Positions 6,979-13,459 of a DNA stretch of 18,802 nucleotides are shown piece after piece (the first letter of the stretch is position 1; the number at the start of each line of letters is the position of its first letter). This stretch comes from a virus. The notes beneath the pieces are model-generated. The model made no database searches. It saw nothing but the letters and a program-made list of their open reading frames with translations, and had not been told where the DNA came from. The stretch lies in IMG/VR virus record IMGVR_UViG_3300045988_025623; one strand, 5' to 3'. The position numbers and the translations under genes are program-made.

Positions 6979-7770
6979 CTACTCCCATTCTCCATAGTTA
7001 TGGCAGTTGCTGAATATTGTATCATACGAACCCCACACCTGCATGAAGCACGGTTCGAGACTGCGCACAACCTCCATGTCCACGTTGATGATGGCGTTAC
7101 GGTATTCCTGGATCAGACTCATGGCCGACTGGCTGCGCCCGGTCACATGGCTTTTGCCCTTGGAATTGCTGGAATCGTGCTGGTAGTCGGTGGCGCTTTG
7201 GGCGGTGGTGTGGCTGGTCGAGTCCTGCGAACTGGACGCGGTGCCCGAGCTGTCCGCCTGCGATTCGTTCGCATGGCTGGCGTAGCGTGCGAAGTCGCCC
7301 ACGACACCGGTTTGCGGCACGTCACTATCGAAACTTTTCGACGTGGTGGTACTGCTATTATCCGACTTGCTGGTGCTAGAGCTTGTCGAGTCCTGCGTGC
7401 TGGATGCCTTGCCCGAGGATTGCGACTCGCTGCCGCTCTCACTATCCGTGGTCATATCCATGGAGTCCAGCGGGTTATACTCAAGGTCGAGCGTTTTGTA
7501 GCGCTCGTTAAAGTAGGGCATGATTTCCGCCATCGTCATCCCCAAATAGAAGATGAATTGTTGTGCGGTTTCCTGTCCGATTTCCCGAAGTGCGTAATGG
7601 CGTACGATTTTCTCGTTCAATTCGGCGCGATGGCTCTCGTCGTAAATCGGATAATAGTCGGCGCTCAGATGCAGTTTATCGTCCGTATCGTATCCGAACG
7701 CAATGAGATTGCCCAACGTCTCGGTGTACTCTCCGGGCGTGGTCATCGCGTAGGCGCTAAAATCCTGCAT
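6979..7770 (-). CDS. Lower collar protein (phi29 gp11-like)
   Basis: 263 aa, directly downstream of the portal gene (ATG overlaps the portal stop, TAATG). The YYPIYDESHRAELNEKIVRHYALREIGQET..F..L...MAEIMPYFNERY pattern is typical of Picovirinae lower collar proteins. The central region is Ser/Thr-rich. Confidence 0.75.
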   Translation of the reverse strand: MQDFSAYAMTTPGEYTETLGNLIAFGYDTDDKLHLSADYYPIYDESHRAELNEKIVRHYALREIGQETAQQFIFYLGMTMAEIMPYFNERYKTLDLEYNPLDSMDMTTDSESGSESQSSGKASSTQDSTSSSTSKSDNSSTTTSKSFDSDVPQTGVVGDFARYASHANESQADSSGTASSSQDSTSHTTAQSATDYQHDSSNSKGKSHVTGRSQSAMSLIQEYRNAIINVDMEVVRSLEPCFMQVWGSYDTIFSNCHNYGEWE

Positions 7771-8720
7771 TACAATACACCTCCGATACCCGCGTCATAC
7801 GAAGCGGGCATATCAATATCCGTCGTACCGCTGGCGCTTGAATCGAGCGCGTTCGGCACGCCGGAGCTTTGCGCGTCCGCGTACTCTACCCATACGTTCA
7901 ATTGCGGCCACAGTCGGTTGATTTCGGTCGCCGCCGCCTGCCGCGCCTTAAGGAAACTCAACCGGAACACGTCCACCTTCTCGTTGGCTTGCGCCACCTC
8001 GTCGGATATAAGCCGTTCCTTTTTCTCCGTGCCGCTGGACTGGATACCCAAGTACCCCAGCACTTCATTGGTCACCTGCGTTTTTTGCTGAATGAACTTA
8101 TCCAGCAGGTAAGGCGTGGTGTTCGGCCATGGTTGAAACATGCTGCCGGGATCCAGTGAGTCGTATCCGATGATATAATCCTGACCGTCCTGCCGTTGCT
8201 GCAGCATGTTTTGCACGGTAAGTTTGGTGCGAGGGTCGGCGATGATGACGGTCGGCAGCTTCAGGCTCTCCAGATTCACGTCATACGCCTTGTCAATGTC
8301 AGCGAGGCGCCGCGCGTACTGCCATAGGATATCCTTGAAGCTCATGCGCATGCGATTATCCCATATCGGGATGCACTCACGTCCAGCCTTGAGCTGCCGG
8401 TAATGGTAGTTGACGCCCACCGGCTCGAAACGTGTCGGATTATTGTAGACATTCAATCGGCCTTGATACCCGGCTTGCGTCACGAGGAACCGGCCTATAC
8501 GCTTATCCTCGAAGAATAGCGCGCAACCGTACTCACACAAGCACATTTCCAGCCATCGCTCGTCTACAGTGGGCGGCAACCCCCGCCAGCTAAAACGGTT
8601 TAACGCCAACTCCGCCAACAGATGATAATACATCATGTCAAGACTGGCGGCGCGTGCCTTGGCATAGTTGCCGCGCGGGTGCAACGCGCCGCCAACTCGA
8701 TTCCTCTTAGACCTACTCAT
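7770..8720 (-). CDS. Portal / upper collar (connector) protein, phi29 gp10-like
   Basis: 316 aa. LALNRFSWRGLPPTVDERWLE and KKERLISDEV align by eye with phi29 gp10 ([31 protein letters not shown]). The size matches gp10 (309 aa). Confidence 0.9.
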   Translation of the reverse strand: MSRSKRNRVGGALHPRGNYAKARAASLDMMYYHLLAELALNRFSWRGLPPTVDERWLEMCLCEYGCALFFEDKRIGRFLVTQAGYQGRLNVYNNPTRFEPVGVNYHYRQLKAGRECIPIWDNRMRMSFKDILWQYARRLADIDKAYDVNLESLKLPTVIIADPRTKLTVQNMLQQRQDGQDYIIGYDSLDPGSMFQPWPNTTPYLLDKFIQQKTQVTNEVLGYLGIQSSGTEKKERLISDEVAQANEKVDVFRLSFLKARQAAATEINRLWPQLNVWVEYADAQSSGVPNALDSSASGTTDIDMPASYDAGIGGVL

Positions 8721-8732
8721 GTCATTATTATA

Positions 8733-11060
8733 TCACTCGTAGCCGATGCCGGGCAGTGGGTTATTATCCGCCCAATCGGTCATGCCGATGTACTCAGGCT
8801 TATCCCAGACTGTCACGCCGCGCTCAAACATGCCCTTGATGGTTAAACGGTATTCCTCCGGCAGCGTGCCGCGTACATACGCCTCCTGCATCTGCCAGAA
8901 TGTGAATTTCTCCATACATTCCAGCGAGGCGGGCGGGGTGACGAAACGCTGGACAAAATAGCCATAGCGTAGCATGTACTCGCCCGCGGCCCTCAGAGCG
9001 CTGGGGGCGCACACCTTAAATCGTACCAACACCCCCATGATGCCATTCGACAAATTGAACATATCGCCTCCGAGCGCCCCGGATGTGGTTGGCGGGGTCA
9101 ACTGCATTTGCTGCACTTGGGCATTGATTCCCGCAATCGCGTTCTGATAGTCACCTTTGGCGGCATAGGCGGCTAGACCATAATTGGCTTGCGATATAAT
9201 GGCGCTCAACTGATTACTTAATCCGGTTGCCCCACTTGCGTAAGCGTTGGCTTGCGAAGTGGCCGCCGCGTTAGTGGCAGTCTGGTTCGCCGTATTCGCC
9301 GCCGCCGTGGAATTTGAAAACGCCGCCGACGAATTAATACCGTAATTGGCAATATCCATCTGCGCGGAGCCGAGGAATGCGCCGCCGACCGCATTCACCG
9401 CGCCCATCGGACTACGTGAGGCGATGGCATTCACCCCGCCGCCGATAATACTGGCCATACCATTAAGATTATTGCTCTTAATGTTCTGTTGCACCTGTAG
9501 ATTAGCCATCTGGTTGGTTTGATTCTGGCCGATAGCAAGGGACTGGTTCAGCGAGTTCGCGGTAATCGCATTGTTCGCAGTACGGTTCTCATTAGCCCAG
9601 TTGGTTTGCTGGGTAGCATATTCGCGCTGCCACATCGCATTGGAATTGGCGACATCCGCCGACGCCAACGCTTTTTGCCGTGTCCACTGTGCGGATTCCT
9701 GAGCATAGGCGCGCGTATATGCGCTGTTCGCCATAGCCAACGCGCCGCCATTATTAACGACGCTAAAATGGGGTAAATTGGTGATGCCAAAACTCGCGTC
9801 CAACATTTCTCCACCGTCAATAGGCAGCCCATATCCCTTACCGTCGATATTCAGCGGGCTTATTGTGTCCGCGCCCGCCTCATTGTAATCGGGGATATAA
9901 AAGTTGATTCTAGTGCCGCTCGGCGCGAAGGAATACGTTTCCCTGATTGTGAGATTATTCGATTGAATATCCTCAGGCTTATAGGTGATTACAGTACCAT
10001 TCAAGCTACTGCATTCCACCACGCAATACGGGTAGCAATAGAGTTTTTTCAGATTCCTGTAACGCGATGGAATATTAAAATTATCCCTAAAATTGGATAC
10101 ATTTAGAATATCCTCGTAGCGCATTTCAGAATCAATACCGGTAGCGAATTGGTAGATTCTGCCGTAATCCGTTGACACGTTTGAACCATAAATTTTAGTG
10201 ACCTCAGCGCCATATTTATCGATATAGTCCTGCGGAATTTTCGGCACCATATAAATGGCACTAATACCCTGAGTAACCCACGGGTATAACGTGCCCAGAG
10301 CCATGATATTGGCGACATACGCCATACGACTATCACAGTAATAGACCTCGCAGCCGTCCGTAGCCCCCTCGAAAATACTACCCGTGGCCGTTTGCAGGGA
10401 GGGCTTGGACTGGGTTCCCGGAGAGTCGGTAAGGTTGGTGGTGGACACGACGATTATCCCATAGTCAACCCAATTAAGACTGCCGCCATCGAGGTTATAG
10501 TGTTGGGCATTCACAATACTCTTATATGTCTGATTCGTCGTGACCATTTCCGCGCCCGTGTCCAGCCCCTCGGGCAAAGCGAGATACGTGCGCCCGTAAT
10601 CATCCCACTGGTGTTCGTTGGCTACGCCGATATGGCCGCGCGTTACGTAGCAACTGCCGAGCGTAATGTCATGCTGGAAACTCTGCCATACGTCCAGCAT
10701 CAAGACCAACTGGGTACAGTGAGCGTTGACGTATTCGACGTGCTGGATGAAGTAATACCATGCGCGTGGCCCCTCTAGTTCGGGGTAATCATTGTAAGCT
10801 ACCAGATAATTCCAGTTCGACGCCTCATTAAACGGCAATTCGACGCGGGCCGGGGTGTTGAAAATGTGCATGGTGGCCGGGCGGCATTCCACGCCGTTCA
10901 CCTGTTCAAACCATTGTTCCTGTGTTTCACGTGAAACAAACCGGACAACATCGCGGTATGAAGCATCCCACGGTACGCGGCAGAGTTTCAGCGTGGTGTT
11001 TGGCGTCCATTCCGCCCATGAAAAATTGGATTCCACGTAAGGGTTCGCGTCATCAATCAT
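8733..11060 (-). CDS. Tail knob / distal tube protein (phi29 gp9-like) with a long N/Q/A/G-rich internal region
   Basis: NYLVAYNDYPE..RAWYYFIQHVEYVNAHCTQLVLMLDVWQSF..ITLGSCYVTRGH aligns by eye with phi29 gp9 ([44 protein letters not shown]...FIVREH). I chose the ATG at 11060 because GGAGG lies 7 nt upstream; the longest ORF (TTG at 11153) would run through two strong hairpins. Confidence 0.85.
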   Translation of the reverse strand: MIDDANPYVESNFSWAEWTPNTTLKLCRVPWDASYRDVVRFVSRETQEQWFEQVNGVECRPATMHIFNTPARVELPFNEASNWNYLVAYNDYPELEGPRAWYYFIQHVEYVNAHCTQLVLMLDVWQSFQHDITLGSCYVTRGHIGVANEHQWDDYGRTYLALPEGLDTGAEMVTTNQTYKSIVNAQHYNLDGGSLNWVDYGIIVVSTTNLTDSPGTQSKPSLQTATGSIFEGATDGCEVYYCDSRMAYVANIMALGTLYPWVTQGISAIYMVPKIPQDYIDKYGAEVTKIYGSNVSTDYGRIYQFATGIDSEMRYEDILNVSNFRDNFNIPSRYRNLKKLYCYPYCVVECSSLNGTVITYKPEDIQSNNLTIRETYSFAPSGTRINFYIPDYNEAGADTISPLNIDGKGYGLPIDGGEMLDASFGITNLPHFSVVNNGGALAMANSAYTRAYAQESAQWTRQKALASADVANSNAMWQREYATQQTNWANENRTANNAITANSLNQSLAIGQNQTNQMANLQVQQNIKSNNLNGMASIIGGGVNAIASRSPMGAVNAVGGAFLGSAQMDIANYGINSSAAFSNSTAAANTANQTATNAAATSQANAYASGATGLSNQLSAIISQANYGLAAYAAKGDYQNAIAGINAQVQQMQLTPPTTSGALGGDMFNLSNGIMGVLVRFKVCAPSALRAAGEYMLRYGYFVQRFVTPPASLECMEKFTFWQMQEAYVRGTLPEEYRLTIKGMFERGVTVWDKPEYIGMTDWADNNPLPGIGYE
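10924..10937. repeat. Copy 2 of palindrome GTTTCACGTGAAAC (inside the tail knob gene, extends to 16 bp at 10923-10938)
   Basis: Read on the minus strand as TTT GTT TCA CGT GAA ACA, giving F-V-S-R-E-T. Confidence 0.95.
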
Positions 11061-11078
11061 CGTCCAGCCTCCGGTATG

Positions 11079-11123
11079 GTCAAGGCCCGGAGCGCTCACG
11101 TGGATTGCGCTCCGGGCCTTGAC
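11079..11123 (-). promoter_or_regulatory. 17-bp perfect stem-loop between the capsid and tail knob genes (attenuator or RNA-stability element candidate)
   Basis: GTCAAGGCCCGGAGCGC / GCGCTCCGGGCCTTGAC with an 11-nt loop. It ends about 14 nt upstream of the GGAGG RBS of the knob gene. No U-tract follows. Confidence 0.55.
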
Positions 11124-11141
11124 TTGCATCACACCGTGAGA

Positions 11142-11165
11142 GAGGGTAGCCAACCGGCTACCCTC
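11142..11165 (-). promoter_or_regulatory. 10-bp perfect stem-loop just downstream of the capsid gene stop
   Basis: GAGGGTAGCC / GGCTACCCTC with loop AACC, 8 nt after the TGA at 11174-11176. Confidence 0.55.
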
Positions 11166-11173
11166 CCATTATA

Positions 11174-12907
11174 TCACGCGCCGGTTACGGTCACACTCTT
11201 CTTACCAGACACGCCAAACAGCGTGGCGGTAATATCAGAGCTACCCGCCTTAACACCGGTAACCACGCCCGACTCGGACACGGTAGCGTTTGCCGGGGTG
11301 CCGGACGTCCATGCGGCTTGCGCGGTCACGTCGGCGGTGCGCCCGTCAATCATGGTCGCCGTCGCAGTCGCCTGCACCGTATGACCCGTGGTCACGTTCG
11401 AGACGTTAACGGCAATCGACGCGATAATCGACGGATTAAACCCGATGACGCCATCGCCAACCACCGGCACATCCAGCGCGGCGGACACGGTGCCCGGCAC
11501 CTCCGGCGTTGCCGGGTTCGTATACAGAGCGGTAGCCGTGACCGGGATAGTCGTGTTCGGCTCGTCAAGGCCGACCACCAGCACGCCGGTCGGGGAGATG
11601 TAGGTGTAATCGCTCTTGGGCTTGGCGGTATCGCCAATGCGATATTCGACCGCATCCGAGCGGAACGTAGCCGTACCATCGTTGGTGATAGTCGTATCGG
11701 CAACCACCTGCACTGCGCCGCCACGCGCCACATTCTCCGGCGTGGTCGTACCGCCACCGTACATTGCCAACTTAAGCTGGAATGTCGGCGTTTTGGCCTG
11801 CGTACCGGTCGGTGCCACCGTCTTGACAGTGGATCCGGCGCCCGTCCAGAACATGATGGCGGGGGCGAAGCCGCTTACCGAGATAATGTGCTGGACATGC
11901 AGGTAATGGTTGACCGAGTTAATGTTAACCGGGTTGGTCTGCTGCGTCATCTCATTGATGACCGGAATATCAATGAGGAACTTGTCGGTGGTCAGGATGG
12001 CCTGCACACCGTCCATGCCGAATCGGTCTTGCGGGATGACGATAATCCGGTCGATGGTCGGCTCTGCATCCGTGCGCTGGAACACCGTGGCGAGGCCCTG
12101 CACATCCAGAGCGCTCTTCACCTCGGGGGAGCAGAACAACACGAGTTCATCCGGGCGGGCGAACGTCGGCATGTGACGCGCATTATACCGGGTGCTGACA
12201 AACTTCAGCGTATCAGCCCACGCGCGAATCTGCCGCAACATGTCGCGGGCGTCGGTTTCCGTAGATCCCATGTCGTTTAAATCCGCATCCATGTGGACGC
12301 GCCAATACCCGCCGAGCTTCGCGTATTCCACGAATTGATGGCACATGGCTTCAAACAGATCCACTTCAGCCGCGTTATAGCAAGAAGTGAGGATCTGCGA
12401 GGTGAGCGAGGCCAAACCGGTTTCGGACGTAAACGCACGCTGCAATGTCTTGTCATCCGTGGTCGCCGGATACCAGTGGGCAAAGTCCAACCGATGATAG
12501 AGGCTATCCACGTCGATTTTCCACTTGCGGAAGTTGTCCGCGCCCAAATATTCAGCGTTCGGGTCATACACCTGGGCGAGTGGCATACCCACGGCAATTT
12601 CCTGCCACGTGTCACCAAACGCCTGAGACGCCCGCTGGAACACACCAAGCGGATTATTCCAACGCCACGTGTTGACGTAGGTGCCGCCGATACGGTTCAC
12701 CAGCGCCGAGTAAAACTCATTCTTCAGCTGAGTGCTGGACATAAGCGTAGCCATCTGCCTATCCATGTTCATCTGGGTAGCGGACGGCATACGCCGCTGA
12801 TATTCCGGCGACGCCTCGTTGCGAATCATATTCAGGATCTGGGCGTTATTAAAATCGGTGAGCGGCCTCAGCTGCTGCTTGGGCGTCACCACGGGGGTAG
12901 TCGGCAT
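11174..12907 (-). CDS. Major capsid protein (phi29 gp8-like) with C-terminal Ig-like (BIG2-type) domain(s)
   Basis: QILNMIRNEASPEYQRRMPSAT and NEFYSALVNRIG....NNPLGVFQRA align by eye with phi29 gp8 ([34 protein letters not shown]....NNPLKKFKKG). The C-terminus ...VTAQAAWTSGTPANATVSESGVVTGVKAGSSDITATLFGVSGKKSVTVTGA is a typical BIG2 repeat. RBS AAAGGAA precedes the start. Confidence 0.9.
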   Translation of the reverse strand: MPTTPVVTPKQQLRPLTDFNNAQILNMIRNEASPEYQRRMPSATQMNMDRQMATLMSSTQLKNEFYSALVNRIGGTYVNTWRWNNPLGVFQRASQAFGDTWQEIAVGMPLAQVYDPNAEYLGADNFRKWKIDVDSLYHRLDFAHWYPATTDDKTLQRAFTSETGLASLTSQILTSCYNAAEVDLFEAMCHQFVEYAKLGGYWRVHMDADLNDMGSTETDARDMLRQIRAWADTLKFVSTRYNARHMPTFARPDELVLFCSPEVKSALDVQGLATVFQRTDAEPTIDRIIVIPQDRFGMDGVQAILTTDKFLIDIPVINEMTQQTNPVNINSVNHYLHVQHIISVSGFAPAIMFWTGAGSTVKTVAPTGTQAKTPTFQLKLAMYGGGTTTPENVARGGAVQVVADTTITNDGTATFRSDAVEYRIGDTAKPKSDYTYISPTGVLVVGLDEPNTTIPVTATALYTNPATPEVPGTVSAALDVPVVGDGVIGFNPSIIASIAVNVSNVTTGHTVQATATATMIDGRTADVTAQAAWTSGTPANATVSESGVVTGVKAGSSDITATLFGVSGKKSVTVTGA

Positions 12908-12929
12908 GATAGTTGTTCCTTTCTAATGT

Positions 12930-13271
12930 TTAGTCTTCATACAGGTCATCAAACGTGCTATAGGTGCCGTTGTAATCGTCGTCGGTCATTTCCGTGGCGT
13001 CCGGATCCGCGTCGCCGTCCGGGCCATCGTTCAACACGTGGTCGGCGGCGGCGTCGCGCATCGCCTCAATGGTCTTGGACAGTTCCGCCACGGTCGCCTC
13101 CAGAGCGCTGAGACGGTTGGCCATGTCGGCGGTCTTGTCATCGCCCGCGTCCTCCGGTTCGCCATCGTCCTGCGTTTCAGGTTCAGGGTTCGGCGTATTC
13201 TCGTCGGTCGGCCCGGCGTCCGGCTCGGTGTCGGGCGTGGTGTCCGGCTTGTCATCGGTTTCGTTATCCAT
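12930..13271 (-). CDS. Putative scaffolding protein (very acidic, central coiled-coil)
   Basis: 113 aa rich in D/E/P/T with a helical core RLSALEATVAELSKTIEAMRDAA. It sits immediately upstream of the capsid gene, as phi29 gp7 does. AAGGGG lies 5 nt before the ATG at 13271; the longest ORF starts at GTG 13277. Confidence 0.6.
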   Translation of the reverse strand: MDNETDDKPDTTPDTEPDAGPTDENTPNPEPETQDDGEPEDAGDDKTADMANRLSALEATVAELSKTIEAMRDAAADHVLNDGPDGDADPDATEMTDDDYNGTYSTFDDLYED

Positions 13272-13291
13272 ATTCACCCCTTAAGGTTAAT

Positions 13292-13319
13292 GGCATGGCA
13301 GCAATCACGCTGCCATGCC
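13292..13319 (-). promoter_or_regulatory. 11-bp perfect stem-loop in the polymerase-scaffold intergenic region
   Basis: GGCATGGCAGC / GCTGCCATGCC with loop AATCAC, about 15 nt upstream of the scaffold RBS. It is part of a 182-bp ORF-free, structure-rich gap (13278-13459). Confidence 0.6.
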
Positions 13320-13459
13320 GGATTGCTAGGCTGTGCGGGTTCCCTCGCCGTCGCTGGGCGTCGGCAAACGCACGTCTACATCCGACCGAATCGCCTTACC
13401 GATTTGCCTGCCGGTCGGGCCATCGAATCGACTTGGGACGCACACCCCGCTACCGATTA

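Noticed and set aside
7000-8091. Long plus-strand ORFs antisense to the structural and replication genes (for example 780-1616, 4400-5086, 5402-6046, 6404-6880, 7000-8091, 11318-12280, 12293-13111, 15195-15617, 15871-16455)
   Set aside because: These are shadow ORFs typical of GC-rich coding DNA. They have Arg/Gly/His/Val-rich, non-protein-like composition and no RBS. Each is fully covered by a minus-strand gene with clear homology-type motifs.
8171-8179. Extra GATATAAT / TGATATAAT copies on the plus strand (8171-8179, 9193-9200, 14473-14480) as antisense promoters
   Set aside because: All three lie inside minus-strand genes and are explained by AT-rich codon strings on that strand: D-Y-I at 8171 and 14473, and A-I-I-S at 9193. 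There is no downstream plus-strand gene. They do weaken the statistical case for the two sense-oriented copies.
11061-11153. N-terminal extensions of the longest ORFs (knob to 11153 TTG, fibre to 5971, 17297-17701, 6338-6988, scaffold GTG 13277, 17761-18048)
   Set aside because: The extensions run through strong hairpins or neighbouring genes, use rare starts without an RBS, and have atypical composition. Internal starts with well-spaced GGAGG or AAGGGG-type RBS were preferred.
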